Source of the DNA: an uncultured Myxococcales bacterium
GTDB lineage: Bacteria; Myxococcota_A; SURF-8; CAYNVS01
Assembly: GCA_964400725.1 (NCBI GenBank)
Contig: CAYNVS010000005.1
Span: 8,632-72,631, forward strand
Direction: 5' to 3'
DNA length: 64,000 nucleotides
Shown here: positions 36,463-45,474 of the stretch, piece after piece
How positions within the stretch are numbered: the stretch's first letter is position 1
Layout: every line of letters begins with the position of its first letter
Made by a program: the position numbers and the translations under genes
Notes under the pieces: model-generated
Told to the model about the DNA's origin: nothing
Seen by the model: the letters and a program-made list of their open reading frames with translations, nothing else
Databases searched by the model: none

Positions 36463-36717
36463 ATGGGATGCTGTTGCTGCAAGCCGAAGACCGAAGCTAA
36501 GGAAAAGACCGGACTGGACGAAACGCAGAAGAAAATTATCAAGGCTATGGCCGAGATTAAAAAACCGTCGGGATGCAAAGACATCGCGGACAAGGCTGGA
36601 CTGGAATCGCCGTCGGTGGCGGGCAAACTGCGCGGATTAAAAACAGCCGGCTTGGTTGAAAGCCCGGAAGAAGGAAAATACGTTCTAACCGCTTCGGGCA
36701 AAAAAGAAGCGAAATAA
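36463..36717 (+). CDS. small poly-cysteine (MGCCCC) winged-helix-like protein
   Basis: 84 aa. The N-terminus MGCCCCKPK is followed by an HTH-like segment IADKAGLESPSVAGKLRGLKTAGLVE. RBS AAAGGAGA. Sits between perR and rbr. Confidence 0.5.
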   Translation: MGCCCCKPKTEAKEKTGLDETQKKIIKAMAEIKKPSGCKDIADKAGLESPSVAGKLRGLKTAGLVESPEEGKYVLTASGKKEAK

Positions 36718-36789
36718 AAATGCGCGAATCGTTGAATTTGCGCCGTATAAACGCTAAACTCACGTCTTAATTCCTGAAAGGAGAATACG

Positions 36790-37368
36790 ATGGCCTCGAT
36801 TAAAGGGACGAAAACCGAACAGAATTTGCTTAAAAGTTTCGCCGGAGAATCTCAGGCGCGCAACCGTTACGCGTTTTTTGCAAGCGCGGCCAAAAAAGAA
36901 GGCTACGAGCAAATCGCGGCAATATTCGAGGAAACCGCCAACCATGAAAAAGAACACGCCAAGCGTTTCTTCAGCTTTCTCGAAGGCGGAGAGCTTGAGA
37001 TTACGGCGTCTTTTCCGGCGGGAGTAGTGGGAACCACGCTTGAAAACCTTAAAGCCGCCGCAATGGGCGAAAATCACGAGCATACCAGCATGTATCCAGA
37101 GTTTGCAGCCGTCGCCCGCGAAGAAGGCTTCGCCGAGATAGCGCTTCTGTTTGATAACGTCGCCAAGGCCGAAAAATACCATGAAGAACGCTACCTTGCG
37201 CTCGCAAAGAACGTCGAGGAAGGTACGGCTTTCAAAAAAGAGGGAAAGGTCGCGTGGAGATGCAGGAATTGCGGATTCATTCACTACGGCGAGGAAGCTC
37301 CCAAGCAGTGCCCCGCGTGCAAGCACGCCCAGTCTTACTTCGAGCTGTGGGTCGAGCGCTGGGCGTAA
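36790..37368 (+). CDS. rbr: rubrerythrin
   Basis: Diiron ferritin-like domain with C-terminal rubredoxin-like CxxC...CxxC ([24 protein letters not shown]); 192 aa. Confidence 0.93.
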   Translation: MASIKGTKTEQNLLKSFAGESQARNRYAFFASAAKKEGYEQIAAIFEETANHEKEHAKRFFSFLEGGELEITASFPAGVVGTTLENLKAAAMGENHEHTSMYPEFAAVAREEGFAEIALLFDNVAKAEKYHEERYLALAKNVEEGTAFKKEGKVAWRCRNCGFIHYGEEAPKQCPACKHAQSYFELWVERWA

Positions 37369-37424
37369 AGCCTTTAAGCGCTGTGAACATATAGGCCAAA
37401 TCAACGAAAAAAAGGAGAACTATA

Positions 37425-37871
37425 ATGAGCCATCTGGACGAGATTTTTGACTATGCGATAGAAAAAGAGCAGGAAGCGCACGATTTCTACGTTTCGCTCG
37501 CCGGGAAAATGAAGAACCCGACGGTTGCCGAAATCTTTAAAGGTTTCGCGCATGAAGAAGCCGGACACAAGAAGAAGCTGGAAGCCCTGAAGGCCGGCAA
37601 GATGGAAATGAAAGTTAAAGAAAGCGTGAAAGACCTCAAAATCGGCGATTATCTAGTCGATATGAAACCGGGCGCGGAAATGACTTTTCAGGACGCTCTT
37701 ATAATCGCAATGAAACGCGAAAAAGCCTCGTTCAAGCTGTACTCGGATTTGGCCGAAATATCAAACGACGCCGAGGCGCGTCAGATTTTTCTGGGACTCG
37801 CCCAGGAAGAGGCGAAGCATAAGCTCCGCTTCGAGCTCGAATACGACGAAATGATTTTAAAAGACAACTAA
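37425..37871 (+). CDS. ferritin-like diiron protein, rubrerythrin family without rubredoxin domain, paralog 3
   Basis: ExxH motifs EAGH and EAKH; 148 aa; RBS AAGGAG. Confidence 0.6.
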   Translation: MSHLDEIFDYAIEKEQEAHDFYVSLAGKMKNPTVAEIFKGFAHEEAGHKKKLEALKAGKMEMKVKESVKDLKIGDYLVDMKPGAEMTFQDALIIAMKREKASFKLYSDLAEISNDAEARQIFLGLAQEEAKHKLRFELEYDEMILKDN

Positions 37872-37909
37872 TTTACAATGCTCCTCAAAGGAGCGGAAGG
37901 AGACCCAAA

Positions 37910-38422
37910 ATGGAAAGAACAGGCATTATTACTTTTAAAGGAAACCCCCTCACCCTTATCGGCGAAGAGGTTAAGGTCGGCGGCGCCGCCCCCAATTTTA
38001 CCGTATTGAAAAACGATCTGTCGCCTGTATCTCTATCGGATTTCGCCGGAAAAACATTAATAATTTCGGCGGTTCCGTCGCTCGACACCCCCGTATGCGA
38101 TACGGAAACAAGAAAATTCAACAAGATTGCGACGGAATTGGGCGAGAACGTCGTCGTTCTCACCGTCAGCATGGATCTGCCTTTCGCTCAGGCTAGATGG
38201 TGCGGAGCCGCGGGCATCGACAAAGTCGTAACCGCATCCGACCATAAAGACGCTTCTTTCGCATCCGCCTTCGGCCTTCTCATCAAAGAGCTTCGGCTGC
38301 TGGCCCGCTCGGTCTTCGTCGTTGACGGAAAAGGGGTTTTACGCTACGCTCAACTTGTTAAGGAAGTTACGGAAGAGCCGAATTACGAGGAAGTAATTAA
38401 CGCGGTTAAGGAAATTCTGTGA
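37910..38422 (+). CDS. tpx: thiol peroxidase (atypical 2-Cys peroxiredoxin)
   Basis: Tpx N-terminus FKGNPLTLIGEEVKVGGAAPNFTV and peroxidatic Cys in SLDTPVCDTE; 170 aa. Confidence 0.9.
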   Translation: MERTGIITFKGNPLTLIGEEVKVGGAAPNFTVLKNDLSPVSLSDFAGKTLIISAVPSLDTPVCDTETRKFNKIATELGENVVVLTVSMDLPFAQARWCGAAGIDKVVTASDHKDASFASAFGLLIKELRLLARSVFVVDGKGVLRYAQLVKEVTEEPNYEEVINAVKEIL

Positions 38423-38445
38423 ATTTTTATTGGAAGGAGGACTAA

Positions 38446-38826
38446 ATGACGGAAAGAAACAGCGTATATAAATGCTCGGTATGCGGCAATATCGTTGAAG
38501 TTCTGCACGGCGGCGCGGGAGAATTGGTTTGCTGCGGCGTTCCGATGAAGAAGCTCAACGAGGGCGAAGTCGATGCGGCAAAAGAAAAACACGTGCCGGT
38601 AATCGAGAAAATCGAGGGCGGATACAAAGTCAAGGTTGGCGGCGTCGCGCACCCGATGGAAGAAAAACATTATATCGAATGGATTGAGCTCGTTACGCCT
38701 AACCGCGTAATGCGCAAATATCTCAAGCCCGGCGAAGCTCCCGAAGCCGAGTTTAAAACTTGCGCGACGGAAGTAACCGCCCGCGAATACTGCAACCTTC
38801 ACGGGTTGTGGAAGGCGACTCTGTAA
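38446..38826 (+). CDS. dfx: desulfoferrodoxin (2Fe superoxide reductase)
   Basis: Desulforedoxin-like N-terminus ([12 protein letters not shown]...LVCCG) and SOR domain HVPVIE...[13 protein letters not shown]; 126 aa. Confidence 0.92.
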   Translation: MTERNSVYKCSVCGNIVEVLHGGAGELVCCGVPMKKLNEGEVDAAKEKHVPVIEKIEGGYKVKVGGVAHPMEEKHYIEWIELVTPNRVMRKYLKPGEAPEAEFKTCATEVTAREYCNLHGLWKATL

Positions 38827-38856
38827 CAATAGCTACCTCTTGAAAGGAGGCTTACA

Positions 38857-39348
38857 ATGCTGAAACCCAAAGTATTAAAAGCGTTGAACGACCAAATCAA
38901 CGAAGAGATTTTCTCAGCGTATCTGTATTACGCTATGTCCGCGTGGTTCGAAACGCAGAAGTTCTCCGGTTTCGCCGCGTGGATGCGCGTTCAGGCGGTC
39001 GAAGAGATGAAGCACGCAGACAAGATTTACAAATTCATACTTGAGCGCGGCGGCGAAGTGGAACTGAAAGCGGTTGCGGCGCCGAAAGCGACGTGGAAAA
39101 CCCCGCTCGAAGCGTTCGAGGCGGCGTTGAAGCACGAAGAGCACATCACGGCCTGCATCCATAAGCTGCTTGAGCTTGCCCGCGCGGAAAAAGATTACCC
39201 GACCGAAATCATGCTCGGCTGGTTCGTAACGGAACAAGTCGAGGAGGAAGCGCAGACCGGCGACATCGTCGATAAGCTGAAGATGGTCGGAACGAGCGTA
39301 GGCGGCGTATTCCAGCTGGATCACCGCCTAGGAAAGCGCGAAGATTAG
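38857..39348 (+). CDS. ftn: non-haem ferritin
   Basis: Ferritin four-helix-bundle signature (NEEIFSAYLYYAMSAWFE...EEMKHADKIYKFI); 163 aa. Confidence 0.88.
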   Translation: MLKPKVLKALNDQINEEIFSAYLYYAMSAWFETQKFSGFAAWMRVQAVEEMKHADKIYKFILERGGEVELKAVAAPKATWKTPLEAFEAALKHEEHITACIHKLLELARAEKDYPTEIMLGWFVTEQVEEEAQTGDIVDKLKMVGTSVGGVFQLDHRLGKRED

Positions 39349-39377
39349 TTCCCGCGTCAATCGACAAATTCGCGAAA

Positions 39378-39406
39378 CAAAAGGCAGGCGCAAAGCCTGC
39401 CTTTTT
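39378..39406. terminator. bidirectional Rho-independent terminator between ftn (+) and gltX (-)
   Basis: aaaaGGCAGGCgcaaaGCCTGCCtttttattt: GC stem with A-run upstream and T-run downstream. Confidence 0.75.
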
Positions 39407-39416
39407 ATTTCATCAT

Positions 39417-40895
39417 TTACATCGCTCGCTTGAGCCGCTTTTTAATCGTCTCCGCCGGCAGCAAAGTTAGAACGTCGTGCAGCGGCAACCCGCGGAGCCT
39501 GCCCGTCAGCATTGCTCGCAGCGGTTTGTATGCCTGCATCCCTTTGCGGCCGGTAAGCTCGCAGAATTTATTTAAAAATTCCTCCGCCTGAGCGGGCGTA
39601 AGGGAGTCTGTTTCAAACGGCTCGAACGCCGCCAGCGTTTCAAGCGCAATTTGCGGCAAAGTCTTGTTTTCCTCTTTGTTTAAAACCGCCGCCGCTTGAG
39701 CGTCCGGCGCGAATTCGCTCGTAAAATCTACGATTTTCTCCGCAAGCTCCTTTAACGTGGAGCTTTCGCTCTTCAACGCGCAGGCCGCGCCGCGCAAGGC
39801 CGCTTCGTCCGCCCACGGCTCCAATACCGGCGAACCGGACAAAATGAAAGGTTCGACCAGCGCGAACGCCTCGTCGCCGGTCTTTTCTCGCAGATGGCGG
39901 GCGTTCAACCGCTCAAGCCTTTTTACGTCGTGCACCGCCGCGGCTTTGCCGTAGCGGTTTATCTCGAAACTTTCAACGCATTGCGCGACCGTTTTGAAGT
40001 CGTCCTCGCCTTCGGCGAGCCCCGCTCCCATTATCGTCAGATGATTGACGACCGCCTCCGGCAAAAAACCCGCCTCTTTAAGGCTTGCGACGTCCGCGCT
40101 GCCCAGCCGCTTTGAAAGGGGCTTTCCTTCCGGATCGACGATTAAAGGCAAATGCGCGAATTTAGGCGGCTGCGCGCCGAGAGCTTTCATAATTTCCACC
40201 TGACGCGCAGTGTTGGAAAGATGGTCGTCGCCGCGGATAATATGAGTGATGCGCATGGCCGCGTCGTCGTACGCGCCCGCGAAAATAAATAAAAAACTGC
40301 CGTCGGCGCGGACGATTACCGGATCGCCGCCGAGACTTTCGCTGTTGAACTCCAGCGTTCCGCGCAGCATGTCGCAAACTTCCACCATCTTATCGTCCGG
40401 CAGGCGGAAACGCCAAACGTGCGGCTCGCCCGCCGTTACGCGCGCGCGCGCTTCTTCGGGCTTGACGCCGCGGCACAGGTTGTCGTATTTAGGCGGTTTT
40501 CCGCTTCGACGCTGCGTTTCTTTAAGTATTGAAAGCCGCTCCTGCGAGCAGAAGCACGGGTATGCGAACCCTTTATCGGCAAGTTCCGCAAGCGCGCCTT
40601 TAAACAGCTCAAGCCTTTGCGATTGAAAGTAAGGCGCGTAAGCGCCGCCTTGCTCAGGCCCTTCGTCCGCGTCCATGCCTAGCCATTTAAGGTCGCGTAT
40701 AATCGACTGCACGCTTTCCGGCGAGCTCTTTGCGGCGTCGGTGTCTTCGATTCGCAGAATGAACGAGCCGCCTCGGCTTCTGGCGAAAAGCCAATTTATC
40801 AAAGCCGTACGTACGTTTCCTAAATGGAGCGTCCCCGACGGACTCGGCGCAAATCTTACTCTTACGGCGTCTTTGCCGCGCGCTTCGCAATTCAT
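39417..40895 (-). CDS. gltX: glutamate--tRNA ligase
   Basis: Class I aaRS HIGH-type motif (PSPSGTLHLGNVRTAL) and KMSK-type loop (PLSKRLG); 492 aa. Confidence 0.93.
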   Translation of the reverse strand: MNCEARGKDAVRVRFAPSPSGTLHLGNVRTALINWLFARSRGGSFILRIEDTDAAKSSPESVQSIIRDLKWLGMDADEGPEQGGAYAPYFQSQRLELFKGALAELADKGFAYPCFCSQERLSILKETQRRSGKPPKYDNLCRGVKPEEARARVTAGEPHVWRFRLPDDKMVEVCDMLRGTLEFNSESLGGDPVIVRADGSFLFIFAGAYDDAAMRITHIIRGDDHLSNTARQVEIMKALGAQPPKFAHLPLIVDPEGKPLSKRLGSADVASLKEAGFLPEAVVNHLTIMGAGLAEGEDDFKTVAQCVESFEINRYGKAAAVHDVKRLERLNARHLREKTGDEAFALVEPFILSGSPVLEPWADEAALRGAACALKSESSTLKELAEKIVDFTSEFAPDAQAAAVLNKEENKTLPQIALETLAAFEPFETDSLTPAQAEEFLNKFCELTGRKGMQAYKPLRAMLTGRLRGLPLHDVLTLLPAETIKKRLKRAM

Positions 40896-40919
40896 TTGTT
40901 TTCTCTTTTTCGCTTCGTT

Positions 40920-41756
40920 TTATCTCGCGCCTTGTTTAAGGCCGAGCAGTCTATATATCCTGAAGCACAAATAGGCAAGCATAATCAGCAGGCTTACGTC
41001 CACGAGAAGCGAATTTTTAAGATCGGCGGGCATTACGTTTTCTTCGATTATATACGCATTCTCGTCAAGCCGCTCGAAGCTCTTCGTTTCGCTCAGGTCT
41101 TTGAGGAATTTATAATAAGGGTAATCGCCCATTTTGCGCAGCCTGCCGAAAACCTTAACGCTGCCGACGGCTTCCTCGTCCTCGTACCGCTTTTCCGACA
41201 CCACGAAGACCGACGGATTTTCCGCGAAAGCAAACAACGTTCTGCGGTTGCCTTTGTATAAAAGAGGAGTCTTGCGCGCGCTGGGCGTTCCGGTCATGCT
41301 GACGTAGCTGTTTTCGGCGTTTTTAACGCCCGGTTTCCAGTCTATCGCGTAACCCAAATCCGCCGGAGCGCTTGTCGAGAAATAATAATAGGCGTCGTGT
41401 CTCGTCAAAACAATCGCCGCCAATCCTAGAATTATTCCGGCGCACATTATTACAATCGTTCCCATCCTCTGCATGGCGGTGGGCTGGTAGTTCTTGCCGC
41501 CGATAAATAAGGAATGCGTTTTTTCGACTTTTTTGCGTCTGGCCTCGCGCCTCTTCCTGCGCTCGGAATAAGCAAGCCTCTTCGCGGAGTCGTCCTCTTC
41601 CTCGTTTTCTTCCGGCTTCAACTCTTCTTCCTTTTCTCCGGCGTCCTTGGCGATAGAATCCTTCGGCATATCGTCTTTGCCGTAAGAGTAAGGCGCCGCC
41701 GTTCTCTTTTTCATTTCTTCGGGTTCTTTAGTCATGTCGCTTCTCGCAGTTGGCAA
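40920..41756 (-). CDS. hypothetical membrane protein (acidic/basic disordered N-terminus, two TM segments)
   Basis: E/K/R-rich N-terminal 80 aa, TM helix IVIMCAGIILGLAAIVL, and a C-terminal TM. No diagnostic motifs. Confidence 0.4.
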   Translation of the reverse strand: MPTARSDMTKEPEEMKKRTAAPYSYGKDDMPKDSIAKDAGEKEEELKPEENEEEDDSAKRLAYSERRKRREARRKKVEKTHSLFIGGKNYQPTAMQRMGTIVIMCAGIILGLAAIVLTRHDAYYYFSTSAPADLGYAIDWKPGVKNAENSYVSMTGTPSARKTPLLYKGNRRTLFAFAENPSVFVVSEKRYEDEEAVGSVKVFGRLRKMGDYPYYKFLKDLSETKSFERLDENAYIIEENVMPADLKNSLLVDVSLLIMLAYLCFRIYRLLGLKQGAR

Positions 41757-41760
41757 AGTA

Positions 41761-43563
41761 TTATTTCGCCGGTTTCCAATCCATGAAGGGAACTACCGCC
41801 GGTTCCTTGTATATGCCCGACGCGAATTCTTCCGTCAATCCGGCTTTTTGCAGCGTGCCGTAATCGTAAAAAACGTGCCCCATCGCGGTTGTCGAACGAG
41901 TTTTATTTATTTGTTTTCCAAGTTCCGCCGCGTCTATATATCCGCCCGAAAACGAAGAATCTTCAAAGTCGCTTCCGGCGTAAACAAACCTTTTTTTCGC
42001 CCTCGCCGTATGGTCGTCTATTAAGAAATTGAAATCGGTGTAAGAGCCGTAAGTCGAGCGCGTATGCCAGTAAATCATCGGAATAATCGCGTCTATCGTT
42101 CCGGCGGCGTCCCACGCGTACGGGTCTTGGTAATACTCGGTCAAACCTTCGGAGCTGTTCCAGCCCCGCGTATCTAGGTAAATTCCCCACGTTGCGGCGC
42201 TTAATACTACGTACGGCTTAACCAGCGCTATGCGGTTGTAAACAGCCGCCACAAGAGCGTTAAGCTGGCCGGTCTGCCACTTGCCGCGAGTCAGCGAAGA
42301 GTCGGACGAATGCGCCTGATTATACAGCGCATTGCTCGTCTCGTCGTAGCTGTAACCGGGGCCGGGGTAGCGTATGCGGTCGAGATGCACGCCGTCAACG
42401 TCGTATTTGGCGATAATGTCTTCGACTATGTCCGCGAGATATTCCCAAACCGCCGGGTTTCCAGGACTGACGAAAATGTACTCGCTTCCCAGCGGCATCG
42501 GCGCGCCCGAACTGTCCGCCATTATCCAATCGGGATGGGTATAATATAAATGTTTCGGCGACGCGTTCGCCGACGGAGCGGTCGAACCGTTCCATACCGT
42601 AAGCGCGTTAATCCAAGCGTGAAGTTCAACCCCTTCGGCCTTTGCGGCGTCTATAGCGGTTTGCAGCGGGTCCCATCCGGGGTCTTTGCCGAGAGTCCCC
42701 GACAGTTCCGACGCCCACGGCTCGTACGCCGATTTATAAAAAGCGTCGGCGCGTCCGCGAACCTGAAAATAAACCTGATTGAACCCCCACGCCGCGCAGT
42801 TTTGAATTATTTTTTTTACCTCCGCCGCGCTCGAAAACGTCCATCTATTTACCCATACGCCCCGCGCCTCGTAAACGGGACGGGCGTAAATCGTAATTTC
42901 CTGCGCCGCTTCCGCGCCTAAATAAACCGCTTTTATCGTCGTTTTCCCTTCTCCAGCCGCCTTGAACAATCCATTGGTCTGTTCGTACGGTTTTATTTTG
43001 CCTTCGTCCAGCGACGACCATTGAGCGTCGCCGGTTACGTCGATTTCCCCGCCCCCGTCCGCGGGTTTGTATTTCGCCTCCAGCCTGAAATCGTAAGACA
43101 AAAGCGCCTTGCCGCGCTTAGGAGTTATCGTAAGCGTTCCTATCGGCGGCTCTTCCTCCGCTTCCGCAAGCTCTTCTTCGGCCTCTTCTTCCGTCGTTTC
43201 CTCTTCCGGCTCCTCGGCTGTTTGCTCTTCTTCCGCGGGTTCGTCGATTTGCTCTTCCGGCAACGACTCGGCTTCGATAATTTCCAACGCCGCCTCGTCG
43301 TCAAACGACTCGGCGCCGCCTTCCTCCGCCGATTCTTCCTTAGTCTCCGTTTCTTCCGGAGCCGTCTCGTCTTCGTCGCCGCCCGCAGCCATGCAGCCGC
43401 CTCCCGGAAGCGGAACAGTCCCTTCGGGGCAGTAACGAGACTCCGTTTCCGTCGTTGACGATGAGCACCCCGCCCCGAATATAAAGAGCGCGATTACGAG
43501 CCAAGCAGCCGCCGATACGACCGAGCCGCCAAAAGAAATTTTTAAATTGAAAACGGTTTTCAT
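41761..43563 (-). CDS. putative glycoside hydrolase lipoprotein, GHL10/DUF187-like (family-10-like TIM barrel)
   Basis: Lipobox FGAGCSSS. Long E-rich acidic low-complexity stretch. Catalytic-domain-like GWDPLQTAIDAAKAEGVELHAWINALTVWN. Confidence 0.5.
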   Translation of the reverse strand: MKTVFNLKISFGGSVVSAAAWLVIALFIFGAGCSSSTTETESRYCPEGTVPLPGGGCMAAGGDEDETAPEETETKEESAEEGGAESFDDEAALEIIEAESLPEEQIDEPAEEEQTAEEPEEETTEEEAEEELAEAEEEPPIGTLTITPKRGKALLSYDFRLEAKYKPADGGGEIDVTGDAQWSSLDEGKIKPYEQTNGLFKAAGEGKTTIKAVYLGAEAAQEITIYARPVYEARGVWVNRWTFSSAAEVKKIIQNCAAWGFNQVYFQVRGRADAFYKSAYEPWASELSGTLGKDPGWDPLQTAIDAAKAEGVELHAWINALTVWNGSTAPSANASPKHLYYTHPDWIMADSSGAPMPLGSEYIFVSPGNPAVWEYLADIVEDIIAKYDVDGVHLDRIRYPGPGYSYDETSNALYNQAHSSDSSLTRGKWQTGQLNALVAAVYNRIALVKPYVVLSAATWGIYLDTRGWNSSEGLTEYYQDPYAWDAAGTIDAIIPMIYWHTRSTYGSYTDFNFLIDDHTARAKKRFVYAGSDFEDSSFSGGYIDAAELGKQINKTRSTTAMGHVFYDYGTLQKAGLTEEFASGIYKEPAVVPFMDWKPAK

Positions 43564-43576
43564 CGCGCTTTGCGCC

Positions 43577-45451
43577 TTATTCCGAAAGTTCCGCCCGCAG
43601 CGCTTCGATGGCTTTGACTTCGCCTAGACAAATAAGAACGTCTCCGGCGGTAATTTTCGTCTCTTCGGGAGGGTTGTAAGCGTAGCTTCGTTTGTTTCTA
43701 TCGAACAGCGCGACGACCGAAAAGTTGCTGCGATATTTTCGCGTAATTTCTCCGATGGATTTGCCGACGCCTTTGTTTTTCTCGTCTATTTCTATGTCCT
43801 CGAAGCGCATCGGCGTGTCTTTTAGCCTTAGCATTTGGTCGAGAAACGTTACCACCGAAGGACGAACCATTTCGCTGGCCATGCGCATACCGCCGGTTCG
43901 ATTTGGGGTTACCACCGCGTTGGCTCCGCTGCGCCGCAGCTTGTCGTCGAACCCTCTGGCCACCGCCTTGGCGACTATGCGGATTTTCGGGTTGTTCTGG
44001 CGGCTGGTAACGGTAATGACCAGATTATCCTTGTCGTTAGCAAGCGAGGCGATAATCCCTTTCGCTCTATCCAGACCGGCCGCGAAAAGAATTTCGTCTT
44101 CCGCCGCGTCGCCGACGATGAATGGAAATTCGCCGTAAACTTCCACGAGTTTGTTCAGGCGCTCCTCGGAAAGGTCTATCGCCACGAAGTCGCGCTTCGT
44201 ATTATGCAGCTCTTCGATAATGGACGAGCCCGTCTCTCCGGCTCCGCAAACGATTATATGGTCTTTTAATTCTTCGATTTTTCTTTGCATCTTGCGTCTC
44301 CACATTAATTTTTGAAGCTGCCCTTCGACGAAAAAGGCCGTAAGATTTGACACGAAGAACAATATTATTCCCATGCCGGAATACAGCATGATAATGGTGT
44401 AAATGCGCACTATGGGCAGGTTGTCCAACGGAGTTATTTCTCCGTAACCGACCGTTGTCAGCGTTATGACCGTCATGTACAGGCAGTTGAGGAACGACCA
44501 GTTTTGATTGTAATACAATCCAAAAATATAATAGCCTACGCCGCCGATAAGATTTGTAACGAGGAAAAGACCGAGAGAGAAAATAAGTTTTTGTATCGTC
44601 TTATCGCGCAGGCTGTCGAGCGAAAAAACGAATCTGTCCCATAGCGATTCGTTTTCTTTTTTAACCGAATAAGAGCGTTTGCGGCTTCGGTTAAGTCTTT
44701 TCCGTATCTGCCTGTCAAGCAAAAACGCGGTAAGATTTGAAAGAAAGATAAGAATGACGGCCATTCCCGCGTAAATAAGAAATATCGTGTAAAGTCTCGC
44801 CGCCGGAAACGACTCCATCGGCGTAATTTCGCCGTAGCCTATCATCGTGAGGCTCGTGACGGTCATGTAAAGGCAGTTGAGAAATGTCCAGTTCTGCCCG
44901 TAATAAACGCCGAACAGGTAATAGCCAAGCGCTCCAAAAACGTTAAGACCGGCAAAAATCGAGGCCGAAATAATTAATTTCTTGAAGTTCTTATCTCTAA
45001 GAGCGTCTAGCGAAATTATTATCCTGTCCCACAGAGATTCCGCTTCTCTTTGGGCTGTCGGCGTCTCTCCTTCGCCGTCGAACCCTCTTTTATGAAGCTG
45101 CGCGTCTATGAAAAACGCCGTCAGATTGGACGCGAAAAAGAGCGCGACCGCCGCGCCGCCATAAATCAGGAAAATCGTAAACAATCTTACCGCCGGCAGA
45201 TGCTCCATATGGAGAATTTCGCCGTAGCCTACGGCGGCGAGGCTCGTAACCGTCATGTAAAGGCAGTTAAGGTAAGTCCAGCCGCGGCCGTAATATACGC
45301 CGAACAGGTAATAGCCGACGCTGCCTAATAAGTTAAGCGCGACGAAAAGCCAAACAGCGTAGAAAACCTTGTTTCCGGCCGGCTTATCGCGCAGCTCCGC
45401 TACCAGCGCGAGCAAATTCTCCCATACGGATTTCTTATTGCCGGAAGGCAT
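43577..45451 (-). CDS. K+ channel-like protein with three tandem 2TM pore modules and one C-terminal RCK (TrkA-N) domain
   Basis: Three consecutive M1-P-M2 units with filters SLAAVGYGEI, SLTMIGYGEIT and TLTTVGYGEITP. The RCK domain follows (IIVCGAGETGSSIIEELHNTKRDFVAIDLSEERL...). 624 aa. Confidence 0.8.
   Translation of the reverse strand: MPSGNKKSVWENLLALVAELRDKPAGNKVFYAVWLFVALNLLGSVGYYLFGVYYGRGWTYLNCLYMTVTSLAAVGYGEILHMEHLPAVRLFTIFLIYGGAAVALFFASNLTAFFIDAQLHKRGFDGEGETPTAQREAESLWDRIIISLDALRDKNFKKLIISASIFAGLNVFGALGYYLFGVYYGQNWTFLNCLYMTVTSLTMIGYGEITPMESFPAARLYTIFLIYAGMAVILIFLSNLTAFLLDRQIRKRLNRSRKRSYSVKKENESLWDRFVFSLDSLRDKTIQKLIFSLGLFLVTNLIGGVGYYIFGLYYNQNWSFLNCLYMTVITLTTVGYGEITPLDNLPIVRIYTIIMLYSGMGIILFFVSNLTAFFVEGQLQKLMWRRKMQRKIEELKDHIIVCGAGETGSSIIEELHNTKRDFVAIDLSEERLNKLVEVYGEFPFIVGDAAEDEILFAAGLDRAKGIIASLANDKDNLVITVTSRQNNPKIRIVAKAVARGFDDKLRRSGANAVVTPNRTGGMRMASEMVRPSVVTFLDQMLRLKDTPMRFEDIEIDEKNKGVGKSIGEITRKYRSNFSVVALFDRNKRSYAYNPPEETKITAGDVLICLGEVKAIEALRAELSE
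44282..45430 (-). repeat. three tandem ~390-bp direct repeats encoding the pore modules of the K+ channel gene
   Basis: Nucleotide-level similarity between units (e.g. gtcatgtaaaggcagttgag near 44470, 44860 and 45250). Protein repeats span aa 8-136, 137-265 and 266-390. Confidence 0.8.
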
Positions 45452-45474
45452 GAATTAATCCTCCGATGCGTTCA

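Noticed and set aside
36760-37404. Minus-strand 214-aa ORF antisense to rubrerythrin
   Set aside because: rbr on the plus strand is unambiguous. The antisense frame has no RBS or motifs.
43100-43420. Apparent periodic structure (E-rich codon repeats) suggesting a CRISPR-like or tandem-repeat array
   Set aside because: It is an in-frame acidic low-complexity linker (EEEAEEEL...) of the GHL10-like lipoprotein. There is no repeat-spacer periodicity.
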